A DNA stretch of 64,000 nucleotides from Dehalococcoidia bacterium (GCA_965219325.1 OZ244723.1:1130158-1194157); one strand, 5' to 3'. Counted from the first letter of the stretch, positions 1 through 10,331 are shown. Notes: generated by a model from the sequence alone, not told the origin. Numbers and translations are program-made.

Positions 1-2
1 CG

Positions 3-407
3 ACCGTGATAGTCCATGCCAGGAGCGTTGGCCGGGAACTGGTCAAGATTGGGGAGTCAGAGCCCGGTACGGATAAGGGCGAACCGATCTGCGAATGGGT
101 GGTCTTCGCGGATGTGGAGGTGGGCGAGTACCTGAAGGGTGAAGGACCGGACACCCTGCGGGTCGCCCTGCCGGTGGCCGAGTTCCCCGTGGCAGATCGT
201 TCGGCCGCTGCGGTGGGGGAAATCCACGATGTTGAGGTCGGCTCCGAATACGTGCTCTTTCTGGACGACAGCCGGTTCACCAGGACGTGGGATCCGATCG
301 GACGGACCTGGATCGTCCTGTTCGAGTCCCATGGTCGCTGGGAGGTCCAGGCCGAGAGGCTGATGACCCGGCTTGAGCCGCCCGGGGAGGAGATGACGCT
401 CGACTAG
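3..407 (+). CDS. hypothetical protein, 5'-partial at window edge; tandem paralog of 441..1028
   Basis: Frame is open from base 3. Shares the blocks GEPICEWVVFADVEVGEYLKGEGPDTLRVAL, SEYVLFL and GRTWIVL..HGRW with the next ORF. Confidence 0.5.
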   Translation, partial: TVIVHARSVGRELVKIGESEPGTDKGEPICEWVVFADVEVGEYLKGEGPDTLRVALPVAEFPVADRSAAAVGEIHDVEVGSEYVLFLDDSRFTRTWDPIGRTWIVLFESHGRWEVQAERLMTRLEPPGEEMTLD

Positions 408-440
408 CTCAGAACGGCCATCTTCCCCCTCGGTCCTGGG

Positions 441-1028
441 GTGCTGCCGACGGTGGGACCGCTGGGTCGCTCCGTCGGTGAGGCGACGGAGTGCTCGTCT
501 GACCTGGCCGAGATATTCGCTTCCGATGAGGAGCGCATTGAGTTGGATACGACCGTCTCATACGTGCAATTTTCCCTGGAAGATCTGATAGACGAAGCGA
601 CCTTGATCGTGCATGTCAGGGGTGGTCCCCGTGAGCAGGTAAGCGTCCCGGGCGGGGACTCGCCCTTCTTCGAGGGTAAGCCCGTCTGCGAGTGGATGGC
701 GTTCGCGGAGGTGGAGGTGAAGGAGTACCTGAAGGGTGAGGGACCGGACAAGATTCGCGTAGCCCTGAAAGTGTCCAGCGGCCCCCGGCCTGACCGGCCG
801 CTCGTCAGGGTGGAACATGCTCAGAATGTCAGGGAGGGGCTTGAATACGTACTCTTCCTGCGGGGTCGACAGTTGCCGGACGAATGGGGACTGGACGGTC
901 GGACCTGGGCAATCTTGGGAGGCTCACAGGGCCGCTGGCCGGTGGCGGATGAGATATCCCGGACGCGCCTTGCGCCGCCTCTGGACGAGATTACTCTGAA
1001 CCAACTCCGGGAGGCCATCCCCCGTTAG
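441..1028 (+). CDS. hypothetical protein, tandem paralog of 3..407
   Basis: 195-aa ORF with the blocks GKPVCEWMAFAEVEVKEYLKGEGPDKIRVAL, LEYVLFL and GRTWAILGGSQGRW matching the upstream ORF. No family recognised. Confidence 0.55.
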   Translation: MLPTVGPLGRSVGEATECSSDLAEIFASDEERIELDTTVSYVQFSLEDLIDEATLIVHVRGGPREQVSVPGGDSPFFEGKPVCEWMAFAEVEVKEYLKGEGPDKIRVALKVSSGPRPDRPLVRVEHAQNVREGLEYVLFLRGRQLPDEWGLDGRTWAILGGSQGRWPVADEISRTRLAPPLDEITLNQLREAIPR

Positions 1029-1660
1029 CCAGTCGTCCCCACGGGTGGGAGAAGGAGTCAGGACAGCTGAAGTTTCTAGTATCGAAGCCGCCAGGCCTGC
1101 GAATGAGATGTGGCCTTTGTTGGGGATGAGGTTCAATTCGCTGCAGCACCCGTCACCTCTGAGGAGGTTAAGGCGCAGGGCGGGATAGAGGTGGAGGGAT
1201 TGGCCTGCGGGATTCGACTGGGTGCTTGGAGATGACCTGGCTGCCGTGCAGGAATCCAAGTCGCCTTGAGCCGTAGAATCAACGGACCCCTTGGTTTCTG
1301 CGGAGACCTGGACTGCGAGTTCAGGTCACACTTTTGGCCAGTCTTATTGGATGAAGCGCACGTGAATGGGTTGTCCAACGCACAGATTCATCGTGACGTT
1401 AGATTCGGTCTTTAGCTTTTTCATTAGCAGGTAGAAGGGGCTGAGTGATGAGTGGAGACACGGCGCCAGAATATGCAGCCTCAGCAGAACGAACTCCACA
1501 GGGGAAAACGGCGTCGGCCGCGGCGCCGCGGCCTCGTTGCGATGGCCTCAGGGCCCATTCGCGTCGACACGGGTACGGAAGCTACCTGTGTACATGGCGT
1601 TCCGAGCATGCGGCCACCTGAATCACTCGCAGAGTCGTCCCCGGGGGTGGATGTGCCCTA

Positions 1661-3337
1661 GTGAGATCTGCCGCCCTTATCGCCTCGATCGCCATGGTCC
1701 CACTTCTCGCGGGGGCCTGCGCCACCTCCACACCAACGGCGACACCCTCGCCGCCCGAAGACTTGGTCAACGACTGCAGCTACCGTGTTCCCGAGGCGAC
1801 GCCCACGCCGGACCTGACGGCGCACGCGGAAGATACGCCCGCAAGCACTGAGCCCGTCGTTTCGCCGGCGGAATCTCCGCCGGGGGATGTCATGGTCTTC
1901 CCCGACCTGCCGACGCCCGCGCTACCGCCGTCCGTCGAAGCCTGGCAGGAGGCTGTGGTGCGTGTGAGCGTCGAACTGGCCGGCGGCCGAGTTCGGAACC
2001 AGCAGGGTCTGATCGTCGCCGACAGAACCGTCCTCACCGTGCTCGACCTGACAGAGGAGATCGCATCTTTGTCTGTCGGTGTTTCAGGTCGGGGCGCCCT
2101 CGCCGCCGAGCTTGAGCGCTTCGATCCCCGAACTGGCGCCGCACTTCTGACCGTTGACATTGCCGACTTGCCCATTGCCCCTGGTGCGCGGGCGACCGTA
2201 TCGAACGGCGAGCCCGTGCTGCTCCTGAGCCGCGGTCTGGATGGTGATGGGTTGGCAGTGAAGGAGACATACGCCAGTCCCAGCCGCAATGCACCCAACC
2301 ATATCCTTGCGCTGCGGGCGAACTACACGACCCGCACCGATCGAGGCACATTGGTGTTGGCTTCTGACGGAACGCCAATTGGTCTTGCCGGTCACGGGCG
2401 AAGTTGGTACGGCCGACGGATCGTTTTTGGGATGATCGGCGGTACGGATCTTCCGGCCGTACTGTTGGCCTCCGCGCTCCAACTGCTTGAGTCCGCCCCG
2501 CGAAATGCCGACGCTACTCCGGCCGCAGTCACTTACAGCGGACCGGGTCTGAGACGGCACGTGGACGGACCGGAGACTAGGCAGCTGGTCGCGGCGCCAA
2601 TCCGTGCGAAGCTAGGGATTCTTGCGGAGGCGGTTCCACTCGAGGATCTGGGCCGGCACCCACGATACGTGCTCACACCCAATTCAGGCACGATGCTGGA
2701 GGTGCTCTACGCTGAGCCTCATGATCTGCTTCGGGCCGATGGCGAACTGCTGGGCAGTGCCCGGTACATCGTGCTGTGGTGGGACAGGGAGGACGGCGCG
2801 CCCGATCTCGTCCTGTGCGGCGAGGACAGGGAACACCTTGGTGCCGCCTTTGCCACGGACGGCCTGGACTCGCTCGAGGCGCTCATGGAGAGTGTGCCAT
2901 CCAGTTCGCCGCACTCGATGGTATCTGCCCGGCCTCTTCCCACCGCGGGGGATGTAAACGGCCCTGAGGACTACCAGTACCCTTATGTGTGGGAATTGAG
3001 GCCCGACAGGTCCGTGTACCACCGGGACGAGCTGGTGACTCTGACCTTCAAGATCGCCAACATCAGCGATTGGCCTGTTTCGTTGGCCTACGTGCCCCCT
3101 AGGGTAACGATTTACAGCGTTCAGGAAGGCCGCGAAGTTGCTGTCCTGCGCTACGGCGAGGGTCACCTCACCCTGCAACCCGGGGAGTCCACTTCCTTCA
3201 GCATGGAGTGGGACCAACTGCACTTCGAGGGTGGTCGGGCCGAGCCCGGTCAATACATTGCAAGTGTCCAACTGGCCAGCCTCGTTACCAAGCCGTTGCT
3301 GGATTGGGGCCCCCAGGCCGATGTGGTTCTGGAGTGA
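1661..3337 (+). CDS. putative secreted lipoprotein, function unknown
   Basis: GTG start. The N-terminus MRSAALIASIAMVPLLAGAC carries a lipobox-like LAGAC followed by a Thr/Pro-rich linker. 558-aa ORF. Confidence 0.6.
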   Translation: MRSAALIASIAMVPLLAGACATSTPTATPSPPEDLVNDCSYRVPEATPTPDLTAHAEDTPASTEPVVSPAESPPGDVMVFPDLPTPALPPSVEAWQEAVVRVSVELAGGRVRNQQGLIVADRTVLTVLDLTEEIASLSVGVSGRGALAAELERFDPRTGAALLTVDIADLPIAPGARATVSNGEPVLLLSRGLDGDGLAVKETYASPSRNAPNHILALRANYTTRTDRGTLVLASDGTPIGLAGHGRSWYGRRIVFGMIGGTDLPAVLLASALQLLESAPRNADATPAAVTYSGPGLRRHVDGPETRQLVAAPIRAKLGILAEAVPLEDLGRHPRYVLTPNSGTMLEVLYAEPHDLLRADGELLGSARYIVLWWDREDGAPDLVLCGEDREHLGAAFATDGLDSLEALMESVPSSSPHSMVSARPLPTAGDVNGPEDYQYPYVWELRPDRSVYHRDELVTLTFKIANISDWPVSLAYVPPRVTIYSVQEGREVAVLRYGEGHLTLQPGESTSFSMEWDQLHFEGGRAEPGQYIASVQLASLVTKPLLDWGPQADVVLE

Positions 3338-3748
3338 ACGCGATTGGGCAAAAAAGCCGGCGATGACCGCAGGGCCAGAGGTAGTCCGGCAGGTCCTCTA
3401 CCGGCTAATGGCCGGTGGCGGGCCGGATTTCAAGTACGAATTACTCAGGCTGGCGCCCTCCGAAGATAGTGTGGCAGATTTGAGAGCGGGTATCGAAAGG
3501 TACTATCTTCAGTCACCGAAAGCCGAAAATGTGGGCTGTGGGTGACTGAACGCAGAACCTTTCAATACGTAGTCTCAATTTAGTGCAAATGCACATGGAC
3601 CCGATGGTGGACTGATGGACGGCATTTGGAAGGCACGTAGGTGGCATCGAGCAGGCCACTAGAGCGACCTGACTCGTGCCCTATTACAGATTTCGTTTAC
3701 GGCCACAGAAGCCCTCGTCAAGTCAAACTGGCAACTAATACCAATTGA

Positions 3749-4854
3749 CTAAGAGGCGGCCGCCAAGTATGCGGGCAGGCGTCGGATGTTGTCGTCGATC
3801 CAGGTCCAGCCGGCGAGTGAGCGCACGCGGACGGGGTCAGATTCCAGTTCCCGCAGGTAGGCGTTGACGGCCTCCATCTTGTCCTCGATGGTCGGGTAGA
3901 TCCTGCCCTCCACCCATCGGCGGACCTCCTCAAACACGCGCTCGGCGGGGTTCAGCTCAGGACTGTACGGCGGCTGCACTATCGTCGGCAGTCCCACTCT
4001 CGCCACCTCCTCACCCCGGTGCCCCCGCGCTCCGTCCCACACCAGCGCACCCACATCGGTCTGCAGCCTCAAGCCCCTGACCGCCGACGCTATCGCCTCC
4101 GACCTCATCGAGTCGATCCACGTCCACAGCAGCCTTCCCCTGCGCCCGTCCACCACCAGGAAAAGGTACATCCACCGGTACGCCAGCTGCACTCGCTGGA
4201 CCACCTTCACACCGCGGCGGCCCCACACCCTGCGCACCATACCCCGCAGACCCACTCGCATCTCGTCGGCAAAGCCCAACTCCATCGCCGATGTCACCCC
4301 CGACTCTGCGAGCGCACTGGTGAGCCCCCTTTTTTCCAGGTCCTCTGCCTGGCTGCGTCCGACTTCTCGTGACGGGGCCTCGGCACCCTGCGGCTGCATC
4401 CCAGACGATTCAGCAAGTAGTACACGCTGTTGGGCGCGTAGCTGACTTCCCACTCGGACTCTATCCAGTCCCTGATCTCTCCCGCCGTGCGGAATCGACC
4501 CGTGGATACCTGCTCGACCAGCTCACGCTGCTGCTCTGCGCTCAGGAAGCTCGGCTGCCCCTTGCCCGCCTGCTTGTGGGCGGCCACCTCCTCCAGTCCT
4601 CCTCGCCTGTACCACCTCACCCACTCACCAACGGTGTCCTTGTGAACTCCCACCACCTCTGCCGCCTTCACTATCGGCCAGCCGTCTCGCACCAGCCACA
4701 ATCCTTGCAGACGGCTTCGCAGCCTGACGTCCCGTTCCGAAAGGTATCTTGCCCTCAGCGCCTCCGGTGTGTCCTCGGCACGCCACTCGATTCGAAGCGG
4801 TCTACCCTGCATCTGTGCTGACCTCCAACATCCCGTGTCGGACTCAGCTTCCAC
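3749..4854 (-). CDS. IS630-family transposase, two overlapping frames (4294..4854 and 3749..4453) probably joined by -1 frameshifting into about 368 aa
   Basis: The N-terminal frame has a wHTH-like region (VGVHKDTVGEWVRWYRRGG). The C-terminal frame has the DDE region ending ..QPPYSPELNPAERVFEEVRR. The frames overlap at an A6G5 run. Confidence 0.85.
4325..4337 (-). promoter_or_regulatory. putative programmed -1 frameshift site (GGAAAAAAGGGGG on the minus strand)
   Basis: In frame A the run reads W-K-K-G-G. The -1 frame reads E-K-R-G-L and continues into the DDE domain. A-rich slippery runs are typical of IS630/IS3 transposases. Confidence 0.55.
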
Positions 4855-4872
4855 CCATGCACTATCCCGCTC

Positions 4873-5814
4873 CTATACCTTTCTCGGCCTATTTACCTCT
4901 AATTGGTATAATTCACTTGTGCCCTCGACAGCGATTTGGACGTTAAATGCCGTGCCGCCGCCGGAGTTGCGCAGTGCTAGTCGGATTTCGATGTCCGCCT
5001 CGGCAGCGTGGAGCGGGTACTTCTTGTCGATCGGAGTTAAGCTGAGGGTGGCTGGCTGGGCCAGGTCCAATTTGCCGATTTCGAGATCAAGTGCCTTTTC
5101 TAGAGCGTGCGGAACTGACGCGATCAGAGAAGTGGAATAGGTTGTGCCGTGTTTGCGCAGTTCAGCCTGGACATCTGTGCATGCGTTCTTGGCATGGCGG
5201 TAGGTTTCAAGTATCGAGAGGTCATCTGCGTCCCGGAAGGCGTCTACCGAATCTAGCGATCTCTTGAGGGCTTCGTTCACAAGCGAGCGACTGGCAAATG
5301 CGTATAGAAGGCCAGCATTGCGAGGCGCATTAATGGTTGAGAGGAGAGTCTTCCGAAATTGGGCCAGAGTGTCGAAGGTGCGAAAGGTCACTGCTCCTTC
5401 AATTTCGAGTTCGATAGAAGGGACTACCTGGCTGAGAGCACTTTCTAGATCATGCGATTGGGAGTCAAAGTCAATTCGATGTACCTGGAGATCGTGCCCT
5501 ATTTGGGTCCGGATGAAAGTCAAGGCCTGCGGCCGGAGTTCGCGTGGCTCAGTAGGAAAGCCGCCGCAGCTTCCCAGAAATCTCATGAGTGCCCAGGCAA
5601 TGAGACGACGATATTCGGGGGCTATCGCTTCGCTTAGCGGGCCGAGTTCAATGGCGGTTTCAGGAGCAGCAAGGTTCCCATGCACTGCAGCTAGCAAGTT
5701 GAGCGAGAACTGAGTGTAGGATTCCTCGTCAGTCGCGTCCTGCGAAACAACCTTCCGCACAGCTTGGTCGATAAGCACTTGGACTGTCGGCACTTGCTGA
5801 CTTACCTCTGGCAA
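4873..5814 (-). CDS. hypothetical protein (313 aa), visibly lower G+C than neighbours; extreme 3' end replaced by IS630 sequence
   Basis: Long ORF with no recognisable motif. The last 11 codons (YQLEVNRPRKV) lie inside the IS630 right end. Confidence 0.5.
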   Translation of the reverse strand: MPEVSQQVPTVQVLIDQAVRKVVSQDATDEESYTQFSLNLLAAVHGNLAAPETAIELGPLSEAIAPEYRRLIAWALMRFLGSCGGFPTEPRELRPQALTFIRTQIGHDLQVHRIDFDSQSHDLESALSQVVPSIELEIEGAVTFRTFDTLAQFRKTLLSTINAPRNAGLLYAFASRSLVNEALKRSLDSVDAFRDADDLSILETYRHAKNACTDVQAELRKHGTTYSTSLIASVPHALEKALDLEIGKLDLAQPATLSLTPIDKKYPLHAAEADIEIRLALRNSGGGTAFNVQIAVEGTSELYQLEVNRPRKV

Positions 5815-5989
5815 GGAGTTTAACGCAGACGGGGCACGACGGGCAGCGGCGTGGACAACTTTGTGAGTTCAACTGGCGGTTTGGACGAGGGGTTGAGTCT
5901 GAGGTCGGTCCTTGCATGAAAGGAATGTAAATTGCTCGATGGCTTAGGGTTGCCAGAGGAGTGGTGAAGGACAAGCACTTTTAGCTTGT

Positions 5990-6200
5990 CGTGCACGAGG
6001 GACTGAAGGTCGGCCTCGGCTGGCACCACGATGAGCCGGGGGGCTGATCCAGGGGTCGTCGCCCGGCACGAATCTCCCCAAATGCAAGAAAGCCGCACAC
6101 ATGGAAGTCTGAGGGTGTGACCCCAACATGGAGCACATGATGACCCTGCTCCAAGTGGCCGAAGACCTTGGCCTCGCCCACATCTTCACCGAGTGGGAGA
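5990..6200 (+). pseudogene. decayed remnant of the small HTH paralog family (see 30981..31226, 53444..53704)
   Basis: MEHMMTLLQVAEDLGLAHIFTE aligns with PHLLALLDLAEGLGLAHTLP. An adjacent frame reads ARISPNARKPHTWKSEGV, resembling ARLIGSTELALWRWRNGV. Stops and frame changes interrupt it. Confidence 0.35.
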
Positions 6201-6251
6201 CTGCGAGAGCGCACGGGCCTGAACGCAAGAAAGACCCAATACATGGATGGC

Positions 6252-6290
6252 AGGGGGGAGGCTGTCGCACATTGGGCGACAGCCTCCCCC
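6252..6290. terminator. 16-bp perfect GC-rich hairpin (GGGGGGAGGCTGTCGC / GCGACAGCCTCCCCCC) just downstream of the helicase gene
   Basis: Inverted repeat read directly, with a 7-nt loop. It lies between the convergent HTH remnant and the stop of 6307..8700. Confidence 0.5.
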
Positions 6291-6306
6291 CTCGTATCTC
6301 TGCGGT

Positions 6307-8700
6307 CTAGCGTCCCGCGCCGACCGTCTCCTTCTCCCGCTCAAGCTCCATCGCCCACTCGAACATCGAGAGGGTCGAGGGCTGAGGCTTGCCCTTGCGA
6401 GCCTTCGGCTTCACCGGCTCCTCGGCCATGAACTCGGCCCAGGAGAACAGCGACTGCTGCGGCTCCTTGGCGTCTTCGTGGTGACCGTTGCCATTGCCGT
6501 TGGCGGGCGCGTGCCCGTTGACCGGGACCAACTCGACGGTTGGCACGATGCCGAGCAGATCGTCATTGCCGTTGCCGTTTGTTCCATTCCCGTTGGCCGA
6601 GACGATTTCCGGCTCGACCTCGACCGTCCTCCAGTCCACGTCCACCAGCAGTTCCTCGGCCTCGCTCTCGGCGTCCTTGGCCTGTGCGAAGACCGCCTCC
6701 ACCGCCTCCACCGCCTCCGCCTCGTCCTCCTCGCCGCTGACGATCTTCCTTGCCAGGGCCATCATCAGGTCGTCGCCGTCGTCTCCATAGGCGGCGAGTC
6801 CGTCCTCGGGCAACTCGCCCTCGACGGCCAGCGAGCTCTGGAGCTTTTTCGCCACCAGCTTCAGGGCGTCGGCCTGGAGGGTATTTCGGTAGCTCATGAA
6901 CACGACCCTGACGGGTTGCGTCTGCCCGATGCGCCAAGACCTGCGCGATGCCTGTCTCATCGTGTAGACGGAGTAGTCTGTTTCGTACCAGGCGATTGTT
7001 GGGAACTCCACGAGATCGAGGCCGGTCTGCACCAGCCGCGGGTGGCAGATCAGGACATCTATGCCCTCTTCCACCCTGTCCGCGACCCAGGCCTCGCGCC
7101 GGTCCGGGGGCACGGCGTCGGCCTTCATGACCGCGACGCGGAACCCGTGCCGGGTGAGGATGTCGCCCATGCGCCCTGTGATGTCGCGCGTGCCGGTGTG
7201 GGTGACGTAGACCAGCACCCTGCGTCCGGCCATGCGCTCGGCCGCGACGAGGTCGATCAATGCCCTTTCCTTTGGGTACAGCTTCTCTTCCGACAGCGGC
7301 GGTACCTGCGCGAGCACCTCTCCGGTCTCCGGATCCAGCACGGTCTCGCCCCTGGTGCACCCGTCCGGGAACGCGAGGAGGGTCTGAAGGTAGGCGGCGA
7401 GGAGTCGCCTCGAGCCCCTTGCGAGGGCGTCCGCCAGTGCGGCCCTGAGGGTCTCGAACAACGCCTCGTAGGCACTGCGCTGGGAGAGGCCGGTGGCGTC
7501 GGGTTCTGCGTCCATGCCCGATACCAGCACCTCCTCCGTGTAGGGAGGCAGGCCTGATGCGACGTCGGAGAGCCGCAGGAAGATTGACTGGCCTATCAAA
7601 TGGAAAAGCGCCGCCGGTGCGAGGCCGGGCCGTTCGCGGACGACCTTTCGGTAGCGCCTCCTTCGGCTGGCGCGTCCGTCCTCGTCGTGGCAGTCGCTGG
7701 GTTTGCCGATGGTGTGCTCTACGAAGCCGTAGCGTTCGACCCATCGGTGCTCGTCGGAGCGCCCGAACTCGCTGCGAATCTGCGGGCTGAACCTGTAGAG
7801 CAGGTGGAAGAGCGTGCTGGCGTACCCCCCGGACAGAGTGCCGGACAGGCTGAGTGTCCTGCCGCAGACGTCGGCGAGGATGCCTGCGGCGATGCCCTGG
7901 GCGGAGCCGCGCGATTTGTGCTCGTGGATCTCGTCTCCGATGAGCAAGTCGAAGAAGCCACTCATCCTGTGCTTTATGTAGTCGGCGAGAGGATATCGCC
8001 TGGGACCGGAGTTGTCGGCCTGCCACAGGGCGGATCCGCACGCGTTGCAGGTGCGCCGCCTGCGCGACAGGTCGCGGTCGGTGAGCGGCACGCCGTCGGT
8101 GTCCAGGACCATGGCGTAGCAGTCCGGGCAGCACGGGACCCGGAAGGGCTCCCCGGTCGCATCGTCCAGGAAGAGCCTGCCTCGCGCGGAGGCCCAGCGC
8201 TCGACAATGGCGGGCTGCCACCGGAACGACAGCTTCGCGCGTTCTCGACTCATCACTGCGAAGAGCGGCCCGTCGCCGCTGACCATGCGCAGTCGCTCGA
8301 GGTCGGTGATTGAGGTGACGATGGCGGCATGGGCGCCGGGAACGGTCTCCTTGATCTCCCTCTTCCATTTGCGCACCAGGTGCGGGGGAACAAGCACCAG
8401 CACCCTTCTGAAGCCGGCCACGTGCGCGGCGGCGGTTGCGATATAGGTCTTGCCTGTACCCATCTCGCCGACGACGGTGGTGCCGCGGTTGGCCCTGAGT
8501 GAGAGGGCGGCGCCCCTGATGGCGTCTGCCTGTGCCCCGAGCGGTGAGCGCAGGAGCTGGGGCAGGCGGAGTCCGTTTTCGGACGGCCTGTAGAGGGGCG
8601 GATAGGACTCGACCACCCGGTGGGCGATCGCTTCTCGGAAGTTGTCTATGAATTCAGCCAGGTTCACCGTGGAGTCTCCCGATTGTCGGAGAGGCCCCAC
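6307..8700 (-). CDS. SNF2/DEAD-like superfamily 2 helicase (797 aa)
   Basis: Walker A GEMGTGKT, motif II LLIGDEIHEHK, and a C-terminal helicase block ..QASRRSWRIGQTQPVRVVF. Acidic, Asn/Gly-rich low-complexity tail. Confidence 0.9.
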   Translation of the reverse strand: MGPLRQSGDSTVNLAEFIDNFREAIAHRVVESYPPLYRPSENGLRLPQLLRSPLGAQADAIRGAALSLRANRGTTVVGEMGTGKTYIATAAAHVAGFRRVLVLVPPHLVRKWKREIKETVPGAHAAIVTSITDLERLRMVSGDGPLFAVMSRERAKLSFRWQPAIVERWASARGRLFLDDATGEPFRVPCCPDCYAMVLDTDGVPLTDRDLSRRRRTCNACGSALWQADNSGPRRYPLADYIKHRMSGFFDLLIGDEIHEHKSRGSAQGIAAGILADVCGRTLSLSGTLSGGYASTLFHLLYRFSPQIRSEFGRSDEHRWVERYGFVEHTIGKPSDCHDEDGRASRRRRYRKVVRERPGLAPAALFHLIGQSIFLRLSDVASGLPPYTEEVLVSGMDAEPDATGLSQRSAYEALFETLRAALADALARGSRRLLAAYLQTLLAFPDGCTRGETVLDPETGEVLAQVPPLSEEKLYPKERALIDLVAAERMAGRRVLVYVTHTGTRDITGRMGDILTRHGFRVAVMKADAVPPDRREAWVADRVEEGIDVLICHPRLVQTGLDLVEFPTIAWYETDYSVYTMRQASRRSWRIGQTQPVRVVFMSYRNTLQADALKLVAKKLQSSLAVEGELPEDGLAAYGDDGDDLMMALARKIVSGEEDEAEAVEAVEAVFAQAKDAESEAEELLVDVDWRTVEVEPEIVSANGNGTNGNGNDDLLGIVPTVELVPVNGHAPANGNGNGHHEDAKEPQQSLFSWAEFMAEEPVKPKARKGKPQPSTLSMFEWAMELEREKETVGAGR

Positions 8701-8923
8701 GGCGTCTCAGGGCACTCCCGTGGCGGGAGACGCACCTCGCCCGTACAACCCTGTCCCCGCGGGAGTGGTGTGTGTCGGAGGGTGCGGGGTATGCCCTGGG
8801 GGAGTGCCGTGAGGCACCCTCCACTGATTTGTGTTGCGAGCGTTCACTGGGCGTGTGGGTTGCAGGGCCCCGCAGGTCGTCGCGATCGGCGAGGCCCCGT
8901 GTAGCGGCACTGCCGCAGGTCGC

Positions 8924-9118
8924 CTAAGCGACGATGGTGGCCGTCAAGGTCTGGTAGCCGCTTGCCCGCCACGCGTCCCGGCATGCACCGCCGGTGTGGT
9001 AGGAGCGTCCCGGCAGGGTGACGATCCGGCCGTCGCGAAGGTCGATGGGAGTCGTGTGGGCGGCCGGCTGGCCGGACCTTATGGGCAGGTTGCAGAGCGT
9101 GCATGTACTGGGGTTCAT
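8924..9118 (-). CDS. small Cys-containing hypothetical protein (64 aa)
   Basis: ATG preceded by AAGGAAGGGA. Has a CTLC motif near the N-terminus. Sits between the methyltransferase and helicase genes. Confidence 0.4.
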   Translation of the reverse strand: MNPSTCTLCNLPIRSGQPAAHTTPIDLRDGRIVTLPGRSYHTGGACRDAWRASGYQTLTATIVA

Positions 9119-9164
9119 AAGTGTGTCCCTTCCTTATACGTAGGTGTGCATGTCCTTGCTTCGG

Positions 9165-9212
9165 TCTGAGAAAGAGAGCGGGGCCCCTCCAGGTCTTGTC
9201 CGGAGGGGCCCC
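9165..9212 (-). terminator. hairpin GGGGCCCCTCC / GGAGGGGCCCC followed by a T-rich stretch on the minus strand
   Basis: 11-bp perfect stem read directly, located just after the methyltransferase stop codon. Confidence 0.45.
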
Positions 9213-9238
9213 GTGGGTGCGGCTGCGGCGAGAGCCGT

Positions 9239-10276
9239 CTATGCGGCGATGTCGGTGATCTGTCCGTCTTCGAGGTCGAGGGAGACGACGGTGGTGCGGA
9301 GTCTCTCGCGGTAGGTCTCCTTGTCCTCGGTGGCCTCGACGAGCACGAACTCCTTTGAGGTCCGGCCCTTTACGAGGATCCTTCGCCCCTCCGATTCCAG
9401 GCAGAGGTTGTCGAGGAATCCGGCGGCTACCAGCATGGCCATGTGCCCCTTGCGCAGGGGCATGAGCGGGCGTGTGCGCAGGTCACCCGCGGGCCACAGG
9501 GAGTCCGTGACCGCGGGGCTTGTCCACAGGCCGGAGCGCCGTGCCTCTGCGGCGGCGGCGACGGGATCCACTGTGCGGGTTGCGAACAGGACGTCCCCGG
9601 CGGGTGTGGTCGCTGCCGTGTAGATCGGGTAACGGTGGGCCGAGAGCGTCTCGGGCTCGCCGTCGGCCCACTCCCTTACCTGCTCCTCTGCATGCGGGTC
9701 GGAGTGCGGCTCGGCTTTTCTGTATCCGATGAGCATGACCTGGTCGAAGGCCTCGCGCTCGGGCTCGGGGAACGCCCAGCACCTGATCCTTCGGTAGTGG
9801 GAGGCGAGGTACCGCGCCGAGACGGCGAGGCGTTTTCGGGGGACGATGAAGATGAGCAGGCCGCCCTCTGCCAGGTACCTGGTGGTGTGCAGGAGAAAAC
9901 GGTGCTCGACCCGCTTCTCTTCACCTGGGTCCCAATCATACGGCGGGTTGAGAAGCAGCACGCCGAAGGCGCCGTTGGCTATGGAGGTGCCGAAGAGGTC
10001 GACGGCGAGGGTGCGGTCGAGCCGCTCCCGTGCCTGCTCGGCGCGTTCTGTGTGCAGCTCGACGCCGAAAGTTTCGACGGGCACTGCGCCGGGTTCGCCG
10101 AGCCGGTCGGCGAGCCGCGTCAGCGCCTCCCCGGCCCCGCAGCACGGGTCCAGGATGCGTACCGTCTCGCGGCAGCCGTAGTAGCTGGAGGGTACGTGGA
10201 CCAGTCCGGCGATAAGGTCCACGACGTTGATGGGGGTGGGATAGAACCCTCCTTTATATTGGGCGGCCAGTCTCAT
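9239..10276 (-). CDS. SAM-dependent DNA methyltransferase, probably N6-adenine type
   Basis: SAM-binding motif ILDPCCGAGE and catalytic-type motif LLLNPPYDW (NPPY). Confidence 0.8.
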   Translation of the reverse strand: MRLAAQYKGGFYPTPINVVDLIAGLVHVPSSYYGCRETVRILDPCCGAGEALTRLADRLGEPGAVPVETFGVELHTERAEQARERLDRTLAVDLFGTSIANGAFGVLLLNPPYDWDPGEEKRVEHRFLLHTTRYLAEGGLLIFIVPRKRLAVSARYLASHYRRIRCWAFPEPEREAFDQVMLIGYRKAEPHSDPHAEEQVREWADGEPETLSAHRYPIYTAATTPAGDVLFATRTVDPVAAAAEARRSGLWTSPAVTDSLWPAGDLRTRPLMPLRKGHMAMLVAAGFLDNLCLESEGRRILVKGRTSKEFVLVEATEDKETYRERLRTTVVSLDLEDGQITDIAA

Positions 10277-10331
10277 GCGTCATCTCCTTTTTGCTTGCTT
10301 AGTCTCCGACCGCGCCAATCTGCTCCGGTCG

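Larger units (their letters stand above)
3738..4910 (-). mobile_element. IS630-family insertion sequence (about 1.17 kb)
   Basis: Terminal inverted repeat core ATACCAATT at 3738-3746, with its reverse complement AATTGGTAT at 4901-4909. TA dinucleotides sit at both junctions. Encodes a two-frame IS630-type transposase. Confidence 0.85.

Noticed and set aside
3364-3545. 60-aa ORF (MTAGPEVVRQVLYRLMAGGG...) downstream of the lipoprotein gene.
   Set aside because: It is short, has no clear RBS and no motif, and the evidence is too weak to report as a gene.
6563-8368. 601-aa Arg/Gly/Pro-rich ORF in another frame of the helicase region. Similar long shadow ORFs occur at 13189..14337, 15094..15723, 21957..22970, 25238..26185 and 25909..27795.
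   Set aside because: They overlap well-supported genes with clear motifs. Their composition (R/G/P/A-rich, no motifs) is what off-frame translation of G+C-rich coding DNA produces.
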